NCBI GenBank assembly: GCA_000998805.1
Contig: LCFC01000002.1
Span: 5,784 to 69,783 of the forward strand
Direction of reading: 5' to 3'
Length of the DNA: 64,000 nt
Source of the DNA: Parcubacteria group bacterium GW2011_GWA2_43_11
GTDB lineage: Bacteria > Patescibacteriota > Minisyncoccia > Phycocordibacterales > UBA12088
Positions 27,745 through 37,314 of this stretch are shown piece by piece. A model generated the notes under the pieces. It was not told where the DNA came from, did no database searches, and saw nothing but the letters and a program-made list of their open reading frames with translations. The position numbers and the translations under genes are program-made. Numbering within the stretch: the stretch's first letter is position 1; every line of letters starts with the position of its first letter.

Positions 27745-27986
27745 AGGACTTACGCAAACGGATGCGACCTAATTTTTAACGACCGCAGGGAGTATAAAAA
27801 TGGAAATACCCTTTTGGTGTAATTCGAGGCGCACAAACAAAATACTACGAGTCGTATGAATAGTACGGTGAGGAGTATTTTGTGTAGCGCAACGATGAAG
27901 TACGACCAATTTTTCTTACGATCCGCCAGCTGGCGGAGAATTAGAAAAATGAAGTACTCTTGTGGTGCGCCGTTTTCGTAAGTCCT
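27745..27986 (+). repeat. R-family element copy R5 (TIR - C - core B variant - D - TIR), 242 nt
   Basis: AGGACTTACGCAAACGG...CCGTTTTCGTAAGTCCT termini. It contains module C (GCGACCTAATTTTTAACGACCGCAGGGAGTATAAAAATGG) and module D (CGACCAATTTTTCTTACGATCCGCCAGCTGGCGGAGAATTAGAAAAATGAAG). It ends 3 nt from the ddl stop codon. Confidence 0.9.
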
Positions 27987-27989
27987 AGA

Positions 27990-28961
27990 TTATTTTCGGG
28001 CGTAGGCACGCTCCACCAAATGCCCAAGGAAGCTCGGCAACGTCGCACCCACAGCCTCGACGGTCTTAGGGAGAAGTGAGGTGGGAGTAAGCCCTGGGAG
28101 ACTATTCACCTCGAGGAAGTACACCCCGTCTCGTGCAACGATAAAATCACTCCGCGAATAGTCACGAAGTCCAAGAGTTTTGTGTACATGCTTGGCGGCA
28201 TGCAGGAGAGCGTCGGTCGTTTCTCTAGTGAATGGTGCGGGACAAAGCTCACGCGCATTCCCTCCACACTTTTCTTTATAATCAAAAAGACTTGAATCAG
28301 TGGTGACTATTTCTATCGGAGGAAATGCATACAGATCTTCCCCACGAAATCCATCCGCTACAGCAACAGTTGCTTCTCTGCCCACAATGTACTTTTCAAT
28401 GAGGACATACTCGGTGTGCGTAAAGGCAATGGTCAGAGCATAGAGCAACTCATCAAACGAGGTCACGAGAGCAGTAGCTACAGACGAGCCACCGTTTACG
28501 GGCTTAACTATGCAAGGTAATGGAAACGTTTGGAAAAGCATAATGACACTTTGCTTACTCATTTCATCTTTATGCAAAAGTCGATGCGGGGCGTGTTTAA
28601 ATGGTGCATCTTTCAAGTATCCTTTGGTAAGCGCTTTGTTCATAGCAATAGCTGAAGACAAGGACCCGCTCCCTGTATAGCGACACCCATGAGAATCCAG
28701 AAAACGCTGTACCTCACCATCCTCACCATACTTCCCATGAAGTGCATTAAACATGACATCTACTTGATCGAGTACTCTTGTCGCCTCTACAGGCATACCG
28801 CGCATATGCCACTGTCCTGACCTATCTACAAGGATATCTTTGACCTCATACCGATCTTTTGAGAGATTTTGCAATACCGATTGTCCCGTCTTGAGTGAGA
28901 CTTCATATTCGGCAGATGGACCACCGCGTAATACCCCTACACGCATCTTGTACATGTACAC
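27990..28961 (-). CDS. ddl: D-alanine--D-alanine ligase
   Basis: 323 aa with an ATP-grasp fold. Signatures include RVGVLRGGPSAEYEVSL, HGKYGEDG and FLEVNSLPGLT. Alternative Met starts exist at 28955 and 28946. Confidence 0.9.
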   Translation of the reverse strand: MYMYKMRVGVLRGGPSAEYEVSLKTGQSVLQNLSKDRYEVKDILVDRSGQWHMRGMPVEATRVLDQVDVMFNALHGKYGEDGEVQRFLDSHGCRYTGSGSLSSAIAMNKALTKGYLKDAPFKHAPHRLLHKDEMSKQSVIMLFQTFPLPCIVKPVNGGSSVATALVTSFDELLYALTIAFTHTEYVLIEKYIVGREATVAVADGFRGEDLYAFPPIEIVTTDSSLFDYKEKCGGNARELCPAPFTRETTDALLHAAKHVHKTLGLRDYSRSDFIVARDGVYFLEVNSLPGLTPTSLLPKTVEAVGATLPSFLGHLVERAYARK

Positions 28962-28976
28962 TAGTATAGCAGAAGC

Positions 28977-30242
28977 TTAACCAAGAAGATGTTTAGCTCG
29001 CTTTTTTGTGTGGACTGCGAGTGAAAACCTATGTGCCTCTGCATTTGCGAGCAATATGTCACCTTGATACAGCGTCCGAATCTTAATAGGTCCATGGAGC
29101 GAGCGAGGGTTGTGGTGTGCATCCTTCGTCACTGCTATGAGCGGTATCGCGACACCTGCTTCAGCAAGTACTTTCTTTGCGGTATTTAGCTGTGCTATAC
29201 CGCCATCGAGCACAATGATTCTCGGATACTGCCACTCTGGGTGTGCAAGTCTTCTCTCTAGAAGCTCCTTGAGTGCGCCGGTATCGCTTCCCTCTACAGC
29301 AGTACGGATAGTAAAGGTGCGGTACTCTTTCTTTTGTGCCTCACCACCCACTACCGCCACCATAACCCCAACCGTGTTTTTCCCCCCGAGGTGCGCGACG
29401 TCGTACCCTTCTATGCGAATAGCATCGGTAACTCCTTCTCCTCGCTCCTTCCGGATGAGTGACACATCTTCTATATGTTGAAGTGCAAAAAGTTGCTTCT
29501 TTGCGATATGAGCATTCTCAAATTGTTCTTGCTTTGCAAACCGTCGCATGTCTCGTTCTAGTGTTACAACCACAGATTGTAACTTTCCGTCAAAGATAGT
29601 TTTAATATGTCGTATATTCCTCCTGTACATCTCTTTTGTTATCGATGCGTTCGGATACACACCAATTGATTGATTAAAACGGAGTTTGCTGTCATTCTTC
29701 GCCATGAGCTCATCTACTGGACGCTTCGTATCATAGTACGGAAAAATCTTCCGGATTATTTTAAGCGCCTGTTTAAACTGCGTCGCATGTGGAAAGGGAC
29801 CATAGACCAATGGTTCAACTTTTTTTCCTATTCCTGTATTCCGTGCCACGAGCTCGTTGTAGCGCATTGGCAGTTCCTTGCCCCGCACGGTCAACAGCCG
29901 TGGATACGCCTCATGTATCGTGATGATGAGAAAGTTAAAACTCTTGTCATCTTTATCGCGAACGTTAAACGGCGGTTTAAGCTCTTTGATACATTTTGCT
30001 TCCAATATAAGAGCCTCAAGTACCGAATCTGTCTGGCGAAAGTCTACGCGTACTGCCCGCTCTACCATAGCAACCATTTGATTACCACGGGCAGAAGCTA
30101 GTGTCGACGCAAAGTAACTGCGCACCCTGTCTTTGAGAGAGGTCGCTTTCCCGACGTAGAGCACCTCCTGCTTTGGACCTAGGAAAAAGTAGACTCCGGA
30201 TGCATCAGGAAGTTTTTGTATGCTTGAATGATTTAATATCAT
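28977..30242 (-). CDS. uvrC: Excinuclease ABC subunit C, short form lacking the C-terminal (HhH)2 domain
   Basis: 421 aa with a GIY-YIG domain (GVYFFLG...LYVGKATSLKDRVRSYF), a UVR-like helix (FENAHIAKKQLFALQHI) and an RNase H-like endonuclease domain (IEGYDVAHLGG). The ORF ends before any HhH motif. Confidence 0.85.
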   Translation of the reverse strand: MILNHSSIQKLPDASGVYFFLGPKQEVLYVGKATSLKDRVRSYFASTLASARGNQMVAMVERAVRVDFRQTDSVLEALILEAKCIKELKPPFNVRDKDDKSFNFLIITIHEAYPRLLTVRGKELPMRYNELVARNTGIGKKVEPLVYGPFPHATQFKQALKIIRKIFPYYDTKRPVDELMAKNDSKLRFNQSIGVYPNASITKEMYRRNIRHIKTIFDGKLQSVVVTLERDMRRFAKQEQFENAHIAKKQLFALQHIEDVSLIRKERGEGVTDAIRIEGYDVAHLGGKNTVGVMVAVVGGEAQKKEYRTFTIRTAVEGSDTGALKELLERRLAHPEWQYPRIIVLDGGIAQLNTAKKVLAEAGVAIPLIAVTKDAHHNPRSLHGPIKIRTLYQGDILLANAEAHRFSLAVHTKKRAKHLLG

Positions 30243-30252
30243 GATATTGGAT

Positions 30253-30374
30253 GGGACTTATGCAAACGGATGCAGTTCGAGACGCCCTAGCAAAATGGAA
30301 CAAGTTGTATGAACAATACTACGAGAGACATTTTGTGCAGGGCAACGATGAAATGCGCCGTTTGCATAAGTCCC
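30253..30374 (+). repeat. R-family element copy R6 (TIR - core B - TIR), 122 nt, with a perfectly paired, doubly compensated TIR
   Basis: GGGACTTATGCAAACGG...CCGTTTGCATAAGTCCC termini. It fills the uvrA-uvrC spacer, lying 1 nt from the uvrA stop and 10 nt from the uvrC start. Confidence 0.92.
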
Positions 30375-30375
30375 A

Positions 30376-32961
30376 TTAGAGTACCTTTTTGAGATACTTA
30401 CTGGTATGAGAATCTTTACTTCGTGCCACCGTCTCGGGTGTACCCTTTGCTACAATGGTACCGCCTCCTACACCACCCTCAGGTCCTATGTCTATAATCC
30501 AGTCCGCAGACTTTATCACGTCAAGATTATGCTCTATGAGTACCACGGTATTACCTCGTTGTATAAGTGCATTTAGTACATCAAGAAGTTTTTTGACATC
30601 ATCATAGTGCAGACCGATTGTTGGTTCATCCAGAAGATATATTGTTTTTTCTGTGTGTGGTCGATAGAGTTCACTCGCAATCTTCACACGTTGTGCCTCA
30701 CCTCCCGAGAGTGTGTTTGCCGCTTGTCCAAGCTCGAGGTACTCAAGACCGACGTCGCTCAGAGTCTGAAGCCTATCGCTTATCTGCGGAATGTCTTTAA
30801 AAAATTCCAAACCATCCTCTACACTCATGTGCAAAATATCATAAATATTTTTCTTTTTGTACCGAACATCAAGGGTCTCTTTCATAAAACGCTTTCCGTC
30901 ACACACGTCACAAGTGACATACACCGTGGGCAAAAAGTGCATTTCCACCGCTATGGTGCCATTTCCCTGACATGCCTCACAACGTCCACCACCCTTACTT
31001 GTCGACACGTTAAACGAGAACCTCCCAGGCTTCCACCCGCGTGCTCGTGCTTCTTCTGTAGAGGTAAATAAATCTCGAACGTGCGTCCATACTCCCGTGT
31101 ACGTGGCGGGGTTACTCCGTGGAGTTCGTCCAATAGGACTCTGGTCCATAAGTACCACACGGGAGAGGTACTCTGTCCCAGTCAAACTTGAAATGTTATA
31201 CAACTTCGCAGTACGGAACTGTCTCTCGAGTCGTGCCCGTAAGTTTTTAAACAATAGCTCGTACATCAATGTAGACTTGCCAGAACCTGACACCCCCGTA
31301 ATGGCGACAAGTTTTCTGAGTGGAATATCAACATTCATTTCTTTTATGTTGAACGCATTGCCGTTTCGTATCCGAAGCCATCCAGCTTCTTCTTCACGGC
31401 GTTTTTCTGGAACTTCTATCTCTTCTTCCCCACGCAGGTAGGCAAGTGTTCGTGAACCACTCTCATTCTTTTTTGCGGTGAGCAAATCTTCGAGCCAGCC
31501 AGACACCACTACCTTGCCCCCGTGTATGCCTGCCCCTGGCCCTATATCCACGATATAGTCTGCGGAGAAAATAGTATCCTCGTCGTGTTCCACGACAATA
31601 ATCGTATTACCTAAATCACGTAGCGCAGTCAACGTTTTAATGAGCTTATCATTGTCTCTTTGGTGCAGTCCTATGGTCGGTTCATCCAGCACATAGAGAG
31701 CTCCTACCAAGCCTGATCCAAGCTGGCTCGCTAGGCGAATTCTCTGCGCCTCACCACCCGAGAGTGTGTTTGCGCGTCTATCAAGGGTAAGATAATCGAT
31801 GCCTACGTTGAGCATAAACTGCAATCGCGCATGTATCTCACGAAGCACTACAGACGCAATTTCTTTTTCTTTTGGTGTGAGCGTGAGCGTGTTCATAAAT
31901 GTTTGTGCGTCACGTATAGACAGAGAGGTGACGTCTACAATTGTCTTCCTAGTTTTTTTGTCTTTACCGAGAAAGACATGGAGCGCCTCAGGACGAAGTC
32001 GTTTCCCCTCACAGACAGGACAGATGTCATCATGGAAAAAACCGATTGTCCCCAAACCATTACACTCTGGACACGCGCCGTACGGAGAGTTAAATGAGAA
32101 AAGCCTTGGTTCAACTTCTGGAAACGAGGTCCCATCCTTTGGACAAATAAATTTTGAGGAAAGCGTCTGTAGTGTGCCGTCTGGTGCTTCTATTTCTATA
32201 AGCCCTTCTGATTCTCGAAGTGCAAGCTCGATAGCTTCTGCTAAACGCTCCTGTGCATCTTTCTTGGAACCAGTAAACTCCGAGACATAGAGCTCATCAA
32301 CCAACACACTAATGTCATGGCGCTTTTGTTTGCTGAGTACAATCTTTTCCCGTAATGAGTATTCGACGGTATCTATTTTCACTTTTTCGTACCCCTTCCC
32401 AAGCAGGTCATACAAGAGCTGGTAGTATTCACCTTTTCTTCCTACGACGACTGGTGCCCACAGACGCACCTTCCTATCATCGTAAGAAATACCCATTACC
32501 TCTTTATTGTTTTTTTCTCCTGAAATAAGAACACTCTCAAGCACTCTTTTCTGCATCTCTTCGTTTGAAAGCTTATGTATCGGCGTATCACACTTAGGGC
32601 AGTATGCCGTCCCAACACGTGCGTAGAGGATACGCATGTAGTCATACACCTCGGTAATGGTCGCAACGGTGGAACGAGGGTTATTCGATCTGGACTTTTG
32701 ATCTATCGAAATAGCCGGAGAAAGACCAAGTATTTCATCAACGTCAGGCTTTCGCATTTGATTTAGAAACTGTCGAGCATATGCCGAGAGTGATTCGACA
32801 TACCTCCTCTGCCCTTCCGCAAAAATAGTATCAAATGCGAGTGATGATTTTCCAGAACCAGAAAGACCAGTAAAAACCACCAGTTTGTTTCTAGGCATGG
32901 TCACAGAAATGTTCTGTAGATTGTGAGTGCGTGCACCCTTTACGTGTATGATGTCATCCAT
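30376..32961 (-). CDS. uvrA: Excinuclease ABC subunit A
   Basis: Two ABC ATPase modules ([26 protein letters not shown] x2) and zinc-finger Cys clusters. The ATG at 32961 ([15 protein letters not shown]) is preferred. The ORF-track start at 32982 is a TTG. Confidence 0.97.
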   Translation of the reverse strand: MDDIIHVKGARTHNLQNISVTMPRNKLVVFTGLSGSGKSSLAFDTIFAEGQRRYVESLSAYARQFLNQMRKPDVDEILGLSPAISIDQKSRSNNPRSTVATITEVYDYMRILYARVGTAYCPKCDTPIHKLSNEEMQKRVLESVLISGEKNNKEVMGISYDDRKVRLWAPVVVGRKGEYYQLLYDLLGKGYEKVKIDTVEYSLREKIVLSKQKRHDISVLVDELYVSEFTGSKKDAQERLAEAIELALRESEGLIEIEAPDGTLQTLSSKFICPKDGTSFPEVEPRLFSFNSPYGACPECNGLGTIGFFHDDICPVCEGKRLRPEALHVFLGKDKKTRKTIVDVTSLSIRDAQTFMNTLTLTPKEKEIASVVLREIHARLQFMLNVGIDYLTLDRRANTLSGGEAQRIRLASQLGSGLVGALYVLDEPTIGLHQRDNDKLIKTLTALRDLGNTIIVVEHDEDTIFSADYIVDIGPGAGIHGGKVVVSGWLEDLLTAKKNESGSRTLAYLRGEEEIEVPEKRREEEAGWLRIRNGNAFNIKEMNVDIPLRKLVAITGVSGSGKSTLMYELLFKNLRARLERQFRTAKLYNISSLTGTEYLSRVVLMDQSPIGRTPRSNPATYTGVWTHVRDLFTSTEEARARGWKPGRFSFNVSTSKGGGRCEACQGNGTIAVEMHFLPTVYVTCDVCDGKRFMKETLDVRYKKKNIYDILHMSVEDGLEFFKDIPQISDRLQTLSDVGLEYLELGQAANTLSGGEAQRVKIASELYRPHTEKTIYLLDEPTIGLHYDDVKKLLDVLNALIQRGNTVVLIEHNLDVIKSADWIIDIGPEGGVGGGTIVAKGTPETVARSKDSHTSKYLKKVL

Positions 32962-33081
32962 CCCGTTAGAGACAGGACACAAAGTGTCCGTCGGTTAAAC
33001 TAATAATTCTTTTATAATTCCATGTATTCATAATTACTTTTATTTAAAACGTATTTTTAGATCTGTTGTCTCTAACGGGAT
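32960..33081. repeat. Small inverted-repeat-bounded AT-rich segment at the uvrA 5' end
   Basis: ATCCCGTTAGAGACA (32960-32974) and its reverse complement TGTCTCTAACGGGAT (33067-33081) flank about 90 nt of AT-rich DNA. There is also an inner palindrome GGACAC-AAA-GTGTCC at 32975-32989. Only a single copy is seen. Confidence 0.4.
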
Positions 33082-33097
33082 CCATAAAAAGCCATAT

Positions 33098-33119
33098 ACC
33101 TGTGCAAGGTGGCACAGGT
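33098..33119. other. Perfect 8-bp GC-rich hairpin (ACCTGTGC-AAGGTG-GCACAGGT)
   Basis: On the minus strand it is followed by ATATGGCTTTTTAT. It may be a terminator for transcripts reading through the 33129-33320 element. Confidence 0.4.
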
Positions 33120-33128
33120 TAGGTACTA

Positions 33129-33320
33129 AGAGCCTATCCTAATAACCTCCCTGTCCGTACACATTACAATGTGTGCGGACCTGTCTGCAGCAAGTTTTTT
33201 TGGACTGCGACACACTCGTCTCAGTCTCAATGTACTACAGTAGATTTCGACTTCCGACTCGGTGTCTCGTCTTCAAAAAAACTTGTTTCGACTCGGGAAC
33301 CCGTTATTAGGATAGGCTCT
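33129..33320. ncRNA. 192-nt highly structured element closed by a perfect 18-bp stem (candidate ncRNA such as 6S-like, or a single-copy MITE)
   Basis: AGAGCCTATCCTAATAAC (33129-33146) pairs with GTTATTAGGATAGGCTCT (33303-33320). Nested helices are CAAGTTTTTTTG/CAAAAAAACTTG, GACAC/GTGTC, and the hairpin CCGTACACAT-TACA-ATGTGTGCGG. The strand is undetermined. Confidence 0.4.
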
Positions 33321-33465
33321 AATCATCTTACCATGCAATTATCCACGCACAAGTCAAGTATATTTTGTAATTAACGGTACTATATATTGTGAGCGATACT
33401 GTTTTCAATGTTTAACGATTAGGTTACTTGTATAAAAAAACAGACTACTTCTCAGTAGCCTGTTT

Positions 33466-35532
33466 TTATCCTTGAAATTTCTTTTTCGGTTTTTTATCTT
33501 GTAACTTTTTTAACTCAAGTAACTCGTCTCGAAGTATTGCAGCTGTTTCAAAATCCAAAATCTTAACAGCCTCATTCATTTGTCGTGTTTTTTCTTTTAT
33601 GAGTGCTTTGGGATTTTTCTTGAACAAATCACTGTCAATTTCCAAAAGTGCACCAACTGTTTTTTTATGTTCAGATTGAATCTGTTCAGTAATATCTTTA
33701 ATAGCTTTTACAATTGTTTGTGGAGTAATGTTGTGTTTTTTGTTATACGCCTGTTGCGTTGCCCTCCTCCTATTTGTCTCATCTATTGCGGCCTTCATGG
33801 ACCGAGTTGTTTTGTCTGCGTACAAAATAACGCGACCGTTCACGTTACGTGCAGCTCGTCCGATAGTCTGAATGAGTGAAGTTTCAGAGCGCAAAAAACC
33901 TTCTTTGTCAGCATCGAGAATACCCACCAAAGATACCTCTGGTAAATCAAGTCCTTCCCTGAGCAAGTTGACTCCTACCAGCACATCAAAATCACCCCGT
34001 CGAAACTGAGAGAGTATTTCTATTCGTTCCATAGTTTTGATGTCACTGTGGATGTACGCCGCCTTAATCTTCTTTTCTTTTATGTACTCTGTCAAATCTT
34101 CTGCCATTTTTTTTGTAAGTGTTGTCACCAGTGCTCGTTCCCCATTTTTTGCCACACGCACGACCTCACTCAAAAAGTCCTGCACCTGTCCTTTGTAGGT
34201 ACCACTCGAGATAATAGGTCGTTCAATAAGTTCAGGGTCTAGTAGGCCTGTCGGTCGGATAATCTGCTCAACAATTTGCCCCTGTTTTTTGCTTACTTCA
34301 AGCTCGTACGTACCAGGTGTTGCTGAGGTATAGAGCACCTGCCCGACGCGTTCCGTAAACTCATCAAACCGCAACGGTCTATTGTCGAGTGCAGACGGCA
34401 GGCGAAAGCCGTGCTCAATAAGTGTTTCTTTCCGCGAACGATCTCCTGCATACATGCCCCCTATCTGGGGCACCGTGACATGCGACTCATCTATGATAGT
34501 AAGGAAATCAGGCGATCCATCAGGAAGGTGTGGAAAATACGACAACAGCGTGTGTGCTGGATCACCTTCCTTACGCCCATCAAAGTGTCGTGAGTAATTT
34601 TCTATACCATTGCAGTATCCAATTTCTTTGATGAGCGCAAGGTCATGATTGGTTCTCCGCTTTAAGCGTTCATGTTCTAAGACGCTTCCTTGTTTTTCAA
34701 GCGTTTGCAACCGGTCTCGCAACTCATCCTGAATGTCAGCAATAGCTCTTTTTCGTTCATGTTCTGGCGTAATAAAATGTTTCGCAGGAAAGAGAAAAAA
34801 AGCTGGATGTGTCCTCCGTACCATTCTTGATACAGGATCAAGCTCAGTGATACTCTCTATCGTATTGTCAGAAAAAAGTACTCTATAAATCACTCGCTCA
34901 CTCGTCGGCATGATTTCTACCATGTTTCCACGTGCCCTGAACAAGCCAGGGAAAAGGTCTGCATTCGTACGGCTAAAATGAATGTGTACCAATTCTCGTA
35001 TCAATACTGCACGGGTCAACGTAGCACCCACCTCTAACTTGAGATTAACTTTCTGATACTCTTCGGGACTTCCAAGACCGTAGATGCATGATACGGAAGC
35101 TACCACAATCACATCCCGACGCGACAACAACGCCTGTGTAGAGGCATGTCGCAACCGTTCGATTTCCTCATTAATCATCGCTTCCTTTTCAATATAGGTA
35201 TCACTCACTGGCATATACGCTTCTGGCTGGTAGTAGTCGTAGTACGACACAAAAAAATGAACCGCGTTTTCAGGAAAAAATTCTCGATACTCCTGGGCAA
35301 GTTGTGCTGCGAGTGTTTTGTTGTGCGCTATCACAAGCGTTGGCTTCTGTATTTTCTCTATGATATTTGCCATCGTGAATGTTTTTCCCGTTCCCGTAGC
35401 GCCAAAGAGAACTTGGTGTTGCATACCCTTCTTCACGCCATCAACAAGCGCGGCAATAGCCGCAGGTTGGTCCCCCGCGGGTAAAAACGTAGGTTTCAGT
35501 TTCAATTTCTGATTGTGCATACTTATTGACAT
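33466..35532 (-). CDS. uvrB: Excinuclease ABC subunit B
   Basis: 688 aa with GATGTGKTF, DESH, helicase motifs, and a C-terminal UVR domain (FETAAILRDELLELKK). Confidence 0.97.
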   Translation of the reverse strand: MSISMHNQKLKLKPTFLPAGDQPAAIAALVDGVKKGMQHQVLFGATGTGKTFTMANIIEKIQKPTLVIAHNKTLAAQLAQEYREFFPENAVHFFVSYYDYYQPEAYMPVSDTYIEKEAMINEEIERLRHASTQALLSRRDVIVVASVSCIYGLGSPEEYQKVNLKLEVGATLTRAVLIRELVHIHFSRTNADLFPGLFRARGNMVEIMPTSERVIYRVLFSDNTIESITELDPVSRMVRRTHPAFFLFPAKHFITPEHERKRAIADIQDELRDRLQTLEKQGSVLEHERLKRRTNHDLALIKEIGYCNGIENYSRHFDGRKEGDPAHTLLSYFPHLPDGSPDFLTIIDESHVTVPQIGGMYAGDRSRKETLIEHGFRLPSALDNRPLRFDEFTERVGQVLYTSATPGTYELEVSKKQGQIVEQIIRPTGLLDPELIERPIISSGTYKGQVQDFLSEVVRVAKNGERALVTTLTKKMAEDLTEYIKEKKIKAAYIHSDIKTMERIEILSQFRRGDFDVLVGVNLLREGLDLPEVSLVGILDADKEGFLRSETSLIQTIGRAARNVNGRVILYADKTTRSMKAAIDETNRRRATQQAYNKKHNITPQTIVKAIKDITEQIQSEHKKTVGALLEIDSDLFKKNPKALIKEKTRQMNEAVKILDFETAAILRDELLELKKLQDKKPKKKFQG

Positions 35533-35625
35533 AGAGTGAATACTGTATACTGGTTTTATCCGCTACACAAGTATAGAGCAAATTATATCGACGTCGTCTT
35601 CGACGTAGTCGCCGACGTCGTTTAT

Positions 35626-35640
35626 ACACGATTGTTCACC
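35626..35640 (-). promoter_or_regulatory. Possible degenerate LexA half-site upstream of uvrB
   Basis: The minus strand reads GGTGAAC-AATC-GTGT. The left half is identical to the box at 18221-18238, while the right half matches 2 of 4 positions. It lies about 95 nt upstream of the uvrB ATG. Confidence 0.3.
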
Positions 35641-36849
35641 TTACAAATTAAGCAAGCGTTCTCGTTCTCCTTTCACAAGTTGAATTAAAAAGTAGAGATT
35701 ATGTATGCTTCCTAGTGTGGCACCAAGCATTTCATGAGCACGAAAAAGGTGTGACAAGTATGCGCGAGTATACGTGTGACATACTGGACATCTACACGAA
35801 GAATCAATAGGAGAAAAATCTCTCTCGTACTCGGCCTTGGTAAGTGTCATCTTTTTTCCTTGTGGGCCATAGACCGTACCTGTACGTGCGAGGCGCGTCG
35901 GTTGCACACAATCAAATAAATCAATTCCTTGTTGCACACCCTTCAGTAAATCTTCAGGCTCTCCTATCCCTAAGAGGTGTCGAGGTTTTTCTTCTGGTAG
36001 CTCATCAGTCACCCATCCCACTGCGGTATCTAGGTCAAACTTTTGGTAGCTCCCCCCTATACCAAACCCATCAAACTCCATACCAGCAAGCGTCCGGGCA
36101 CTTTCTCTTCGCAAATCCTCAAATCGCCCTCCTTGTACGATACCGAATATGCCCTGACGTTCCCCTGCTTCTATGTTCTGGCGGTGTGCACGTAGGGATC
36201 GTACCGCCCACCGATGGGTACGATGCATCGCTTCTTGTTGGTATGTGTGGTCAGCTTCCGCTGCAGTACACTCATCAAAAGTAAAAAAAATATCTGCACC
36301 AAGCTCGTGCTGTATTTCAACAGAACGCTCAGGAGTGAAACGATGTAGTGAGCCATCAAGGTGACTCGTGAAGCTCACGCCTTCATCATCTATTTGAGCC
36401 AACTTTCCGTGCTGTGATGCAACCTCTTGGTCAAACACGGTTGCTATTTTTGATTCTGCATCTAGTTCTTCACGGGTGACTTTAGACACTGTCTTTCCAA
36501 ATCCAACACCGAGAGAAAACACCTGAAAGCCACCTGAGTCCGTGAGGAGTGGACCATCCCATCCCATAAATGCATGTAGCCCTCCAGCCGCCTTCACCAC
36601 TGAACTCCCTGGCTGAAGATGCAGGTGGTAGGTATTTGCAATGAGTGTTTGCAAACCGATATCGTGCAATGTGGGCATCGTAACACCTTTTACTGTACCT
36701 TTTGTACCCACAGCGACAAACGCGGGGGTTTTAATATCACCATGAGGCGTATGCAATATCCCAACTCTCGCCTTACTCTGTGTATCTTTTTTTAGTATTT
36801 CAAAAGTGATTGCATTCATACGATACTGATTCTGCGTGTGTAGAAACAC
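35641..36849 (-). CDS. tgt: Queuine tRNA-ribosyltransferase
   Basis: 402 aa with TPAFVAVGT, LLTDSGGFQV, and the zinc site CRCPVC...H. The ATG at 36819 (MNAITFEIL) is an alternative start. Confidence 0.95.
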   Translation of the reverse strand: MFLHTQNQYRMNAITFEILKKDTQSKARVGILHTPHGDIKTPAFVAVGTKGTVKGVTMPTLHDIGLQTLIANTYHLHLQPGSSVVKAAGGLHAFMGWDGPLLTDSGGFQVFSLGVGFGKTVSKVTREELDAESKIATVFDQEVASQHGKLAQIDDEGVSFTSHLDGSLHRFTPERSVEIQHELGADIFFTFDECTAAEADHTYQQEAMHRTHRWAVRSLRAHRQNIEAGERQGIFGIVQGGRFEDLRRESARTLAGMEFDGFGIGGSYQKFDLDTAVGWVTDELPEEKPRHLLGIGEPEDLLKGVQQGIDLFDCVQPTRLARTGTVYGPQGKKMTLTKAEYERDFSPIDSSCRCPVCHTYTRAYLSHLFRAHEMLGATLGSIHNLYFLIQLVKGERERLLNL

Positions 36850-36884
36850 AGCACATTCTAAACTGCTTTGTTTTATAGCTTACT

Positions 36885-37280
36885 CTAGAGTATTGGAGCT
36901 ACACACCCACTGTTCTCAGCAAGGTCAGCAAATGGAACTTCACCTGTAAGTCGTGTTCCATTGCTAAATACCCATGTTGGGTAGCTAGTGACACCTGCTT
37001 CTTTACATACATCTGTTTGCCCACGACTATCTTCCGTAGAACACTCTACATATGGGAGGGCATCTACCGCTTCCTTAAAAGCCGCTTTTTGGTTTCGGCA
37101 ATGACTACACCAAAAAGCTCCATAGAATTTTGCACCACTCTCTTTGAGACATGTTGCAAATTGAGTTAAATCATCTTGCGAAAATTCAGTACGAGGTTCA
37201 GTCTTTTGCAAAAAAAACATTCCTCCTATAACAAGAAAAACTACAGCTAGAGTACTTACTATAATCGTTGTTTTTTTCAT
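36885..37280 (-). CDS. Membrane-anchored thioredoxin-fold protein (CxxC)
   Basis: 131 aa with an N-terminal TM segment and FYGAFWCSHCRNQK (WCSHC active-site-like). It resembles the Trx-like domains associated with VKOR/DsbA systems. Confidence 0.6.
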   Translation of the reverse strand: MKKTTIIVSTLAVVFLVIGGMFFLQKTEPRTEFSQDDLTQFATCLKESGAKFYGAFWCSHCRNQKAAFKEAVDALPYVECSTEDSRGQTDVCKEAGVTSYPTWVFSNGTRLTGEVPFADLAENSGCVAPIL

Positions 37281-37314
37281 ATCTTAATTATATAATTTAT
37301 TTACTCAATAATTA

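Noticed and set aside
35441-35629. 62-aa Arg-rich ORF (MYKRRRRLRRRRRRYN...)
   Set aside because: The poly-Arg tract is simply the translation of the CGACGTCG-rich palindromic block. The ORF overlaps the uvrB start region and has no RBS.
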